This document shows positions 27,793 through 36,505 of a stretch of DNA of 64,000 nucleotides, one piece after another. Made by a program: the position numbers and the translations under genes. The stretch covers positions 26,921 through 90,920 of the forward strand of contig JAABRE010000004.1 of the NCBI GenBank assembly GCA_011391125.1, written 5' to 3'. The notes under the pieces were generated by a model. That model was given only the letters and a program-made list of their open reading frames with translations. It had not been told where the DNA came from and made no database searches. Every line of letters begins with the position of its first letter. Within the stretch, counting starts at the first letter, position 1. Source of the stretch: Synechococcales cyanobacterium S06 (GTDB lineage: Bacteria > Cyanobacteriota > Cyanobacteriia > Cyanobacteriales > JAABRE01).

Positions 27793-29607
27793 ATGGATAT
27801 TAATCAGTATCTTGAAAGTTTACAAGTTAATCTGAAAAAAGGCAGTGAAAGGAGTCATTATCCAGCTTTAAAAATGCTGATTGATGGGGGAATGATGGGG
27901 ATTAATGCGATTATTGAAGAAACCAAGAATCAAGCAGGTATTCCCGATTTTACGGTGAGAAAAAATGAGGTTTTGTTAGGGTATATTGAGGCAAAAAAAA
28001 TCGGGGAAAATTTAGCTAAAATTGAAAAAACGGAGCAAATTCAACGTTATTTAGATTCAGCAATTGGTCAAAATTTTATCTTAACTAATTATCTGGAATT
28101 TCGCTGGTATATTGATGGCAAACATCAGTTAACCACGGAAATTGGGACAATAAAACAAGATCAAATTATTATTAGTAATAACCTCGAAAAAACCGCCGAA
28201 TTGTTAACGTTTTTTCTGAATTATCAAGGGGAAATAATTAATAATCCCTCGGATTTAGCCCAACAAATGGCACGTTATACAAAAACGATAAAATATTCAA
28301 TTCAAGAAGCTTTAAGCAGCGAAACCGAGGAATTAAGCCAACTTAAAACCTTATTTCAAGAATTATTAATCCCTGATTTAGATAATAATAATTTTGCGGA
28401 TATGTATGCTCAAACCATTGCTTATGGATTTTTTACTGCTAGAGTTGGCCATGCCCAAAATCCGAGTCAATACCCCTTTAATCGACAAACTGCTAGTTAT
28501 TATATCACCGATAGAATACCGTTTTTAAAAGGTTTATTTACTACGGTGATTGCCACAGAATCAGCCACTAAAATTTGTTGGACAATTGATATTTTAGTGG
28601 AACTTTTGGCTAAAATTGATATGGGAAATATCCTCGAAAATTTCGGGCAAAAAACTAGACAATCTGATCCTGTTGTTCATTTTTACGAGACATTTTTAGC
28701 AAATTACGAAGCTTCTTTAAGGAAAAATAGGGGTGTGTATTATACCCCTGAGCCTGTTGTTGCTTTTATTGTACGAGCAGTAAACCAAATATTAGAAAAG
28801 CGTTTTAACCTAGAATTAGGGTTAGGAAATAAGCAGGTGACCATACTTGATCCTGCAACTGGAACTGGTACTTTTTTATATCAAGTAATTAAACAAATTT
28901 ACCAAAATTTAGAGGAATATGGATTGGCAAAAAATTGGGATAAATATGTTAAGGAATCTAATTTATTAAACCGTTTATATGGTTTTGAATTATTAATGAC
29001 TCCCTACACCATTGCCCACTTAAAAATAGGATTATTATTAGAAAATTTAGGTTATCAATTTCAAAATAAAGAAAGGTTAGGAATTTATTTAACCAACGCA
29101 TTAGATAAAGGTGTTAAGAAATCTGACTTAATTTTAGGGAAATATCTCTCAGAAGAAGCCAACCAATCTGCAGCAATTAAAACAGATAAACCGGTATTAG
29201 TGGTAATAGGAAATCCACCCTATTCTGGGGAGTCTGCTAATAAAAATAATCCTTGGATTGAAGCATTAGTTAAGGATTATTATTTAGTTGATGGTGTCTC
29301 TTTAAACGAAAAAAATCCTAAATGGTTACAGGATGACTACGTTAAATTTATTCGTTTTGGGCAATGGCGAATTGAACAAACTGGTTACGGAATCCTAGCT
29401 TTTGTAACCAATCATGGTTATTTGGATAACCCAACTTTTCGGGGAATGCGTCAGAATTTAGCGCAAACTTTCGACGAAATTCATATTATTGATTTACATG
29501 GAAATGCCAAGAAAAAAGAGGTTTCACCCGATGGAAAACCAGATAAAAATGTGTTTGATATTCAGCAAGGAGTAAGTATTGCTATTATGGTAAAATTTCC
29601 CAAGTAA
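27793..29607 (+). CDS. Type IIG/ISP-like restriction-modification enzyme (methyltransferase 2), N-terminal fragment with PD-ExK nuclease-like and gamma-class N6-adenine methyltransferase domains
   Basis: PD-ExK-like nuclease motif: IPDFTV...GYIEAKK. Motif I is LDPATGTGTFLYQ and motif IV is VIGNPPYSGES. The ATG at 27793 is preceded by GGAGAG. The ORF stops just after GVSIAIMVKFPK. Confidence 0.8.
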   Translation: MDINQYLESLQVNLKKGSERSHYPALKMLIDGGMMGINAIIEETKNQAGIPDFTVRKNEVLLGYIEAKKIGENLAKIEKTEQIQRYLDSAIGQNFILTNYLEFRWYIDGKHQLTTEIGTIKQDQIIISNNLEKTAELLTFFLNYQGEIINNPSDLAQQMARYTKTIKYSIQEALSSETEELSQLKTLFQELLIPDLDNNNFADMYAQTIAYGFFTARVGHAQNPSQYPFNRQTASYYITDRIPFLKGLFTTVIATESATKICWTIDILVELLAKIDMGNILENFGQKTRQSDPVVHFYETFLANYEASLRKNRGVYYTPEPVVAFIVRAVNQILEKRFNLELGLGNKQVTILDPATGTGTFLYQVIKQIYQNLEEYGLAKNWDKYVKESNLLNRLYGFELLMTPYTIAHLKIGLLLENLGYQFQNKERLGIYLTNALDKGVKKSDLILGKYLSEEANQSAAIKTDKPVLVVIGNPPYSGESANKNNPWIEALVKDYYLVDGVSLNEKNPKWLQDDYVKFIRFGQWRIEQTGYGILAFVTNHGYLDNPTFRGMRQNLAQTFDEIHIIDLHGNAKKKEVSPDGKPDKNVFDIQQGVSIAIMVKFPK

Positions 29608-29786
29608 AAAGTTTCTAGATTTAGTAAAGTGTGTCACATAAATAGCTCCATATAATAATATTAAATTATTTGTGTGACGCACCCTAGACAGTTGTCTAAA
29701 TAATTATTTAGTATTAAATTATACAGATTTTTAGGCAAGAATATGTATTTAAGATAGCGCTAAAGCGCAACAAGTAACCAAAAAAG
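29608..29786. mobile_element. Inserted non-coding element of about 180 bp that splits methyltransferase 2
   Basis: It contains the hairpin GTGTGTCACATAAAT...ATTTGTGTGACGCAC and a copy of AAATTATACAGATTTTTAGGCAAGAATATGTATTTAAGATAGCGCTAAAGCGCAACAA. The flanking ORFs are in different frames. Confidence 0.75.
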
Positions 29787-31079
29787 ATGGCAAAAATATA
29801 TCATTTTGATTTGTATGGAAGTCGTCAAGATAAATATGATTTTCTTGACGCAAATAATATGGATACAATTGAATGGCAAGAAATTAAACCTCAGTCTCCT
29901 TTTTATCTATTTATTCCCCAAAATACTGATTTATTAGGCGAGTATGATTTTGGTTGGAAAATAACAGAAATTATGCCGATTAATTCGGTGGGAATTGTCA
30001 CCGCGCGAGATTCTTTAACGATTCATTGGAGTCAAGAATCAGTGGAAAAAACGGTTAAGGATTTTGTTAATTTACTAGAAGAAGAAGCGAGAAATAAGTA
30101 TGATTTAGGTAAAGATTCACGGGATTGGAAAGTAGATTTTGCTCAAGAGGATTTACGTCAAAGTGGTTTAAAAAAAGAGTTAATTGTACCGATTTTATAT
30201 CGCCCTTTTGACATAAGATACACTTATTATACAGGAAAATCAAGGGGTTTTCTTTGTATGCCTAGAAATGAAGTAATGAGAAATATATTAGGTAGGGAAA
30301 ATTTAGGATTAATAACAGTTAGACAAGTTGCAGAAGGGATTTTTAATCACAGTTTTGTTACTACAAATATTATTGAAAGTAGAATTACTGTTAGTAATAA
30401 AGGTATAGGTTTTATTTTTCCCCTTTATATTTACCCGAATACAGAAAATGAGCAGTCCAATTTATTTGAGCAAAAAAAGGCGAATTTTTCGGCTGAATTT
30501 TTAACAGCAATTAAGGAAAAAGTAGGGTATCTTCCCACACCTGAAAACATTTTTTATTACATTTATGCAATATTTCATTCCCCTAGTTATCGTCAAAGAT
30601 ACGCAGAATTTTTAAAGATAGATTTCCCCAGAATACCATTAACAAATAATGAGAAATTATTTCAAAAGTTAAGCGAAATTGGAGAAAAATTGGTTAATTT
30701 ACATTTGATGAAAATAAGCCCTCACCCCCCTTCCCCCCTCTCCCACAGGGGGAGGGGGGAATCTCTACCTCAGAATAAAGTAAGTTTTCATAGTGAAGGA
30801 GATAATTTAGTAAGTCAGGTTAAATATGATGCTAAAAAAGAGAGAATTTATCTCAATAAAGAAAGTTATTTTGCTAATATTTCTGAGGAGGTTTGGCAAT
30901 TTCAAATCGGTGGTTATCAAGTTTTAGATAAGTGGTTAAAATCCCGAAAAAAAGCCAATCGTGAGTTAACTTATGAAGACATTATTCACTATCAAAAAAT
31001 CGTAGTTATCTTACAGGAAACCATTAGATTAATGTCAGAAATAGAGCAAAATCTCGACTTCGGTCAGAGCTTTGCGTGA
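29787..31079 (+). CDS. Type IIG/ISP-like enzyme (methyltransferase 2), C-terminal fragment carrying the specificity domain
   Basis: IYAIFHSPSYRQRYAEFLKIDFPRIPLT and EVWQFQIGGYQVLDKWLKSR are hallmarks of the type ISP-like C-terminal domain as I remember it. It continues the fragment ending at 29607. Confidence 0.8.
   Translation: MAKIYHFDLYGSRQDKYDFLDANNMDTIEWQEIKPQSPFYLFIPQNTDLLGEYDFGWKITEIMPINSVGIVTARDSLTIHWSQESVEKTVKDFVNLLEEEARNKYDLGKDSRDWKVDFAQEDLRQSGLKKELIVPILYRPFDIRYTYYTGKSRGFLCMPRNEVMRNILGRENLGLITVRQVAEGIFNHSFVTTNIIESRITVSNKGIGFIFPLYIYPNTENEQSNLFEQKKANFSAEFLTAIKEKVGYLPTPENIFYYIYAIFHSPSYRQRYAEFLKIDFPRIPLTNNEKLFQKLSEIGEKLVNLHLMKISPHPPSPLSHRGRGESLPQNKVSFHSEGDNLVSQVKYDAKKERIYLNKESYFANISEEVWQFQIGGYQVLDKWLKSRKKANRELTYEDIIHYQKIVVILQETIRLMSEIEQNLDFGQSFA
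30719..30762. repeat. Type A-variant palindromic element in frame in the methyltransferase 2 C-terminal fragment
   Basis: GCCCTCACCCCCCTTCCCCCCTCTCCCACAGGGGGAGGGGGGAATC, translated as SPHPPSPLSHRGRGES. Confidence 0.85.
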
Positions 31080-31084
31080 TCAAA

Positions 31085-31316
31085 CCTAGGACTTTCCAGA
31101 CACGCAAATCAACCCCCTTTGCGCCTTCGCGTCTTTGCGTGAGACTTCCCAAATGTATTCAATTATACAGATTTTTTAATAAGAATATGCGTTTAAAGAA
31201 TGTCAATGTCGGGTGCGTTAATCCTATTTTAATGCACTAAATAAAAGGGTGCGTTAATGCTATTTTAATGCACTAAATAAAAGGGTGCGTTACGCTGTCG
31301 CTAACACACCCTACTT
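31085..31316. repeat. Composite repeat block between the convergent methyltransferase 2 and tubulin-like genes
   Basis: It holds three repeat families. The first is CACGCAAA...CCCCCTTTGCGCCTTCGCGTCTTTGCGTGAG. The second is the third copy of AATTATACAGATTTTTTAATAAGAATATG. The third is a tandem pair of ~41-bp units, GGGTGCGTTAAT(C/G)CTATTTTAATGCACTAAATAAAA, plus a GGGTGCGTTACGC...TAACACACCC hairpin. Confidence 0.85.
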
Positions 31317-34300
31317 TTAGGCTAATTTAGTGCCGCAACTACTACAAAAGTTGTTACTAATCGGGTTTTCTGCTCCACAATTGGGACAGAATTTAACAGC
31401 AGATTCTGTTTTTTCGGCTGGTTTTTCTGTCGGTTTTTCGGCTGGTTTTTCTGTTATATTTACCCCTGTATTTAAACGATATTTTTCAATTATTTCTAAG
31501 ATAATTGTTGCTTCTCTTTTATATTCTGGAGCATCTTTTCCACCCTGTTTTTCTAATTCTAAGGCGCGATTTTCTAAGTATTTTCTCAGTTTTAAGTATA
31601 ACTGTTGTTTTTGCGCATCTGTTTCTGCTTTTTCGATAACTTGGTTAACCTGAGTTTCGATTTTATTCTTATCACTTTGACAAGCTTTTATTTGTAAGAC
31701 TTGAACTGCATCTTCCCAACTAGAAGCGATGTCAATATTTTCACTTCCAATCGCAGTTTGTTGGGTATAACGAATCATTTTTTCTTTGGTTTTTTTGTTT
31801 TCTTCTTGACGCAATACCTCGAAAGCTCTTGCTTTTACTACTAAGGTAAAAATCTTCTCATCTTCGGGGAAAATATCCCAAAATGGCGGCTCTTTTTGAA
31901 GGTGTACAGGAATGGGTAAATCCCGATTTTCGCCTTTTTGTTGGGCGCGTTTAGCGATAATAAATTCCCCTTTCCAATCTTGATAATGTCCCCGTAATTC
32001 CTGCATTCCATCAATACAACGCAGGGAAAAACCGCCGATTTCCTGCACAAATACGATGCGATGATCTTCTAAGTTTCCTAATGGTTTAATATCATCATCT
32101 TTACTGATAAATTCCTTAATTTTGGGGATTAATTTTTGTGCCGCAGGATCACTGGTATTCCGACCACCAATTAAGGCAACATTGGTATTTAAAGCCGGAG
32201 TAAAACCAGCATCTTTAGCGTTTAAAATGGCTTTATTTAACACAATTAATGGAGTCGATTTTTGATACGCAAGGCGAATGTTATTTACAATATCGGCCTC
32301 GTTTGTATAAGTTTTGAATAGGCGATCGCAGGCCGATAATTCTGTTTTTAACTTACTATTTTCGGGAGCAGTTTCGATGACTTTTTTAGTGCGATTAAAG
32401 ATAATTTCTCGCAAATCTTCTTCTTGAACATCGGGAATGGCTGTGACATCAAAAAGTCGCATTATTTCATTACTGGTGCGAGTTTCTTTCCAAAAAGGAC
32501 TTGCTTTTTCTAAAATATCCCCCGACATTGTGCTACAAATTACATCTTTTCCTGTGTCAAATTGACTCTTATTACTAATAGTTCCACCTGCTAATCTTTC
32601 GATTAAATCTTGATACAAACTATTTAATTCTTTGCGTTCATAAAGTTTAATGCCGTTTATTTCCAAACTATCAGCACTATCCGCTTGTCTGTCAGCTTGC
32701 TCTTTAAAGAAATCACGACTATTAATTAATCTTTGTTTCCAACGATTATAACGGGTTTCTAAGGCGTTTAAAGCCTCTTGTAAACGTTCAATAACTTCTA
32801 AACCAACTGCTCTGAGTTTCCTCTGAATTGTAGCACCAAACCAGCCTTCTAAACCCTGTAAAGCCACATTACAATACTGCTCCATTTTCTCCTGTTTAGA
32901 AATACCAAATTTGTCTTTAAATTCGTTAATTTCTGTTAGTGCAGCTTCATATTGTCGCTGACGATTAGTCTCATTTGCTCCCCATAATTTATCCTGTTCT
33001 CTTCTGAATTTTTCGTAAGCATCATCAAACACTTGACGGACAGTAACCAGAAAAGCATCGGCAAATTTGGGGCCTTTGGTTCGATCTTCTAAAATTTTAT
33101 AGAACTCTTCTTCTAAAGCTTTTTTACCCCTCAGAATTGCCGCATCCCGATTGTTATAAATTACCTTAAAATAATCGCCATGAACTCGCTCATCAGGACT
33201 TAATTCTCGGAAATGATCCTGACGATAATTATCGACTTTTGGCTTTAAATAACTATCAACAAAAGAGAGAATTTTGCCCTTTTCTGAACCCAACATATTA
33301 ACGCCCTGTTGAGTACATTGTAAGAAATTGTCCTTATTAATTTCATCGCGAATACTATTAATCCATTCTGCAACTATTTGTAAATAAGGACGGTCGGCTG
33401 CAGCTCCTAAATCTGCTAATAATTCCATCTCAGTTAAGCGCATTTTCTTAAGAGTCTCACCCCGCACTAATTCTAACATTTGGGGCGGTAAAATTGCCGA
33501 ATCATTTAACCACCATTGCACCATGTCAGTAGCTAAACGATTACTTAAACAGGCTCTAATTTGATAAATAGGTATCTCAATTGTAGATAACCCAAAACTC
33601 ATAAACTGTTTTGAATAGCCTCGTCCCCCCGGATCAGCTTGAGCCCAAGAAGCCTTAATATTATCGCGAATTGAGCGTTTGTGTGCCGCAAATTCCGAGG
33701 TCATATCAAGGAAAATATTTTGGGCAATCATCTCCCGAATCTCGCCTAATTTAAAGCTTCTTTCTCCGTTTTGTGTACCCACTAAATAGGTAAAATCAAA
33801 GGGTGGTAAAGAATTATTAATTTCATCAGTCAAACTGTTAGTAAATTGCTGATTATATTGAGTGCGATAATCAGAAAAATAACTTAATTCCATCATCGCT
33901 GCGTAACCATTTGCTAACACCCGATCGCCCACACTAATATTAGCAAAAGCTTGGGGAGTGGGAACAATTGCAGTTACCAAAGAACTACTTGCTGTTTTCA
34001 ACCAGTTGCGCATACAATAGCCTAAATCTATTAACATTCCGCTACCTGTACCACCGGATAAAGAACCAGTAACAAACACATTAACTGCGTTTCCACTAAC
34101 TTTAATTCCGTAGCGATCTAACATAAAGTTTTCATGGCCCTTAACCCGATTAAGCGCATCGGAAAACTTACTTTCAATCTCCTTATAATTACAGAAAAAA
34201 GCGAAACGGCCACAGGCGCGAATTTGTCCGGCTCCTGCTTCTAAAGAAGTAATATTTCGCTCTAATTCGGTGGGAAACCAACTCTCAAGCCAAGGATAAT

Positions 34301-34571
34301 TATCCATATTATTAAGAATCTCTTGGACCTGTCTTCCACTTACCCGCGCCCAAAATTTTTCATTATCCTTAAAAGGTGTTCCCGAAGACTCAGGATTGGT
34401 AATTTTATAGCCTTGATCTGTGTCAATTACTAAAAAACTAAGAATGGGAAAATTCGCTAAACTTCCGTAAGTTTCCTCGACTAAACGACGTATTCTAGCT
34501 AATATTTCTGTACCTGTTCCTCCGATTCCAACTAATACCGTAGGAATCATACTTTTTTCTTCGACGGCCAT
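31317..34571 (-). CDS. Giant tubulin/FtsZ-like GTPase (~1085 aa) with a long helical region, a PAEK/PTEK linker and a C-terminal zinc ribbon
   Basis: T1-like VLVGIGGTGTE at the N-terminus and the tubulin signature-like GSLSGGTGSGM about 160 aa later. The C-terminus reads EKPAEKPTEKPAEK then CPNCGAENPISNNFCSSCG. I prefer the ATG at 34571 (AGGAG 7 nt upstream) over the ORF-track start at 34619. Confidence 0.7.
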   Translation of the reverse strand: MAVEEKSMIPTVLVGIGGTGTEILARIRRLVEETYGSLANFPILSFLVIDTDQGYKITNPESSGTPFKDNEKFWARVSGRQVQEILNNMDNYPWLESWFPTELERNITSLEAGAGQIRACGRFAFFCNYKEIESKFSDALNRVKGHENFMLDRYGIKVSGNAVNVFVTGSLSGGTGSGMLIDLGYCMRNWLKTASSSLVTAIVPTPQAFANISVGDRVLANGYAAMMELSYFSDYRTQYNQQFTNSLTDEINNSLPPFDFTYLVGTQNGERSFKLGEIREMIAQNIFLDMTSEFAAHKRSIRDNIKASWAQADPGGRGYSKQFMSFGLSTIEIPIYQIRACLSNRLATDMVQWWLNDSAILPPQMLELVRGETLKKMRLTEMELLADLGAAADRPYLQIVAEWINSIRDEINKDNFLQCTQQGVNMLGSEKGKILSFVDSYLKPKVDNYRQDHFRELSPDERVHGDYFKVIYNNRDAAILRGKKALEEEFYKILEDRTKGPKFADAFLVTVRQVFDDAYEKFRREQDKLWGANETNRQRQYEAALTEINEFKDKFGISKQEKMEQYCNVALQGLEGWFGATIQRKLRAVGLEVIERLQEALNALETRYNRWKQRLINSRDFFKEQADRQADSADSLEINGIKLYERKELNSLYQDLIERLAGGTISNKSQFDTGKDVICSTMSGDILEKASPFWKETRTSNEIMRLFDVTAIPDVQEEDLREIIFNRTKKVIETAPENSKLKTELSACDRLFKTYTNEADIVNNIRLAYQKSTPLIVLNKAILNAKDAGFTPALNTNVALIGGRNTSDPAAQKLIPKIKEFISKDDDIKPLGNLEDHRIVFVQEIGGFSLRCIDGMQELRGHYQDWKGEFIIAKRAQQKGENRDLPIPVHLQKEPPFWDIFPEDEKIFTLVVKARAFEVLRQEENKKTKEKMIRYTQQTAIGSENIDIASSWEDAVQVLQIKACQSDKNKIETQVNQVIEKAETDAQKQQLYLKLRKYLENRALELEKQGGKDAPEYKREATIILEIIEKYRLNTGVNITEKPAEKPTEKPAEKTESAVKFCPNCGAENPISNNFCSSCGTKLA

Positions 34572-34655
34572 TTTTTTACTCCTATTTAATTGTTTTGATT
34601 TTATCACGCAAAGAGGCAAAGGCGCAAAGGGGGTTTTCGGTTTGTTTACTAGATT

Positions 34656-35564
34656 TTAACAAGTTTTTATAAATGGTAAACTTAGGTTAAATATTTGGTA
34701 AATTCTCCATAAAATTCCGGGGGTTGCCGCAGTCCAAAATAAAGCGTTACATAATGCTAATCTCCCGGCTAAATTAAATGGCATTCTGAATAATCCTTGA
34801 AATAGCCATCGATCTAATGGCATAATTAATGTGTACATAAAAGCGATCCAAGCTAATCCTAACCAGAATAAAGTCCAACGCCAATTATTATTAAAACTGT
34901 CAAAAAAGTCCTTGGTAAATAATGTTTCTAAGTTATTTATATCCGCCGAAATATATTTTCCTCCTGTGGTAAAAGTAGCCGCTTGAATAATGGGCGCATT
35001 TGCTCCTATTACTATAGCATTAATACTAACTTTTTTGCTAATAGCTTGAGTTATTACTTCGGGAGAAATCATGGCTTCTCCATCTGTTACTAATAATAAT
35101 TCTCGACATCTTTCGGTAATTTTTGCTAAGGAGTTTGTACCTTCATTTATGGCTAAATCAAGGTTTGTTCCCCCACCAATAATATTAACTAATTCTGGTT
35201 TAATTGCGTTATTTAATTGTTGGAAAATAGCTTGACTATCACTACTAAAACTATTAGTTAAGGGTTGTATTCCACTCGCAAAACCAAACACTTGAATCTC
35301 GTTAGGTTGTTTTAAAATATCGGTGTTATTTTTGTTTAAATATGCTTGTACTGCGGTTATTTCTTGACTCATAATTGACCCCGGAGCATTGAATTGATTA
35401 GTATAAGTGCTACTACTCATGTCAATGGCGATCGCCACAGCAACGGATGGCCTACCAAAACCAAATAACCAAAATAAAAGGGCAATTGTTAGGAATAAAC
35501 CGAGAAACATTAAGGGAATTTGAAATAAGGGATATAACCAGAAACCCCGACGATAATTAGTCAT
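34656..35564 (-). CDS. Membrane-anchored von Willebrand factor A (vWA) domain protein
   Basis: N-terminal TM region, MIDAS motif AIDMSSSTY (DxSxS), LLVTDGEA, and about three C-terminal TM helices. It starts 6 bp after the GNAT toxin stop. Confidence 0.75.
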   Translation of the reverse strand: MTNYRRGFWLYPLFQIPLMFLGLFLTIALLFWLFGFGRPSVAVAIAIDMSSSTYTNQFNAPGSIMSQEITAVQAYLNKNNTDILKQPNEIQVFGFASGIQPLTNSFSSDSQAIFQQLNNAIKPELVNIIGGGTNLDLAINEGTNSLAKITERCRELLLVTDGEAMISPEVITQAISKKVSINAIVIGANAPIIQAATFTTGGKYISADINNLETLFTKDFFDSFNNNWRWTLFWLGLAWIAFMYTLIMPLDRWLFQGLFRMPFNLAGRLALCNALFWTAATPGILWRIYQIFNLSLPFIKTC

Positions 35565-35570
35565 ATTAGC

Positions 35571-36092
35571 TCAATTATTTTTTGGTTTAAACATTTTAAC
35601 AATTGTACTCATCGGTAAATAAAGTTGGTAAGGATTACTAGGAAAAGAAACAAATTGATGATATTCATAAAAAGCCTTAGCTTTATCCTTTTTAGCATCA
35701 ACAATTACTGCCATAGAAGCAATTTCATTGTTTAAATTACGTTGTAAACTATCCAATAATAAAAAACTACCCAAACCTTGACCTTGATATTTTTTTGATA
35801 CTGCTAATCTTCCTAATAAAGTAGCTGGAATTAAAGGATATTTAGGTAATTTTTGAGTAATTTTAGTGGGTAATTGCTCTAATTTAATGGCTGTTGCTGC
35901 TAAGGTATAATATCCAGCTATTTCCTTGTTATTCTTATTTTCTAAAACAAAAACCGTAGTTAAAAATCGCTTTAGATCTTGATTTGCTTGTTGGCTTAAA
36001 TACCGATTTAATGATTCAATTCCACAATCAAAATCTAAGCGATTATGTATTACTGATAGTGGTTCAATCACATAATTAAAATTAGGTCTCAT
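35571..36092 (-). CDS. GNAT-family acetyltransferase toxin (TacT/AtaT-like)
   Basis: FDCGIESLNRYL...IPATLLGRLAVSKKYQGQGLGSFLL...AKAFYEYHQF. It overlaps the upstream DUF1778-like gene by 11 nt. Confidence 0.8.
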   Translation of the reverse strand: MRPNFNYVIEPLSVIHNRLDFDCGIESLNRYLSQQANQDLKRFLTTVFVLENKNNKEIAGYYTLAATAIKLEQLPTKITQKLPKYPLIPATLLGRLAVSKKYQGQGLGSFLLLDSLQRNLNNEIASMAVIVDAKKDKAKAFYEYHQFVSFPSNPYQLYLPMSTIVKMFKPKNN

Positions 36093-36402
36093 TTTGTTCC
36101 ATTTCCTGTTGATAAAGTTGAGCCAATTTCAGCATTCTCTGATTAGGTGGAATCGGATTTATTAAAGATTCTGCTAAGGCTTGACTATCTTGTAAATTTA
36201 AGTTGATAATCTGATATTTTTCCATAATTTGATGTGCTTTTTCCTCTGCACTTCTGATCACAAAATCAGTAATAGTTATTCCTTCTAAATTGGCAGCCGA
36301 TTGTAATAATTCTTTTTCTTCGGGGGATAAACTAGCTTCTAAAAGCTCCTGTTTACTATTTTTTGTAAGCGGGTATATTAATGATTGTTCCATGGATTTC
36401 AC
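36082..36402 (-). CDS. DUF1778/RHH-type antitoxin (TacA-like) for the GNAT toxin
   Basis: 106 aa with ITITDFVIRSAEEKAHQIME, typical of DUF1778 antitoxins. It is paired with the GNAT toxin. Confidence 0.7.
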   Translation of the reverse strand: MKSMEQSLIYPLTKNSKQELLEASLSPEEKELLQSAANLEGITITDFVIRSAEEKAHQIMEKYQIINLNLQDSQALAESLINPIPPNQRMLKLAQLYQQEMEQNET

Positions 36403-36505
36403 CTACTAATAATTATCTTTTGATAATACATTTTACTACACTTTTAAAATCTTAAATCGTAAACTCCCCCTCATCTCAAAAGAGAGAGGGATGAGGGAAG
36501 TAAAA

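Noticed and set aside
31317-34619. Calling the tubulin-like protein FtsZ, and using the ORF-track start at 34619
   Set aside because: At ~1085 aa, with a coiled-coil body and a zinc ribbon, it is not the ~400-aa division protein. The extra 16 N-terminal codons overlap a dispersed repeat and lack a ribosome-binding site. The ATG at 34571 has AGGAG 7 nt upstream.
36466-36500. The hairpin CCCCCTCATCTCAAAAGAGAGAGGGATGAGGG considered as a dedicated regulatory element of the TA/vWA/tubulin-like unit
   Set aside because: It looks like a degenerate member of the type B palindromic family seen elsewhere. It may act as a terminator for the upstream PBP-like gene, but a specific regulatory role cannot be supported from sequence alone.
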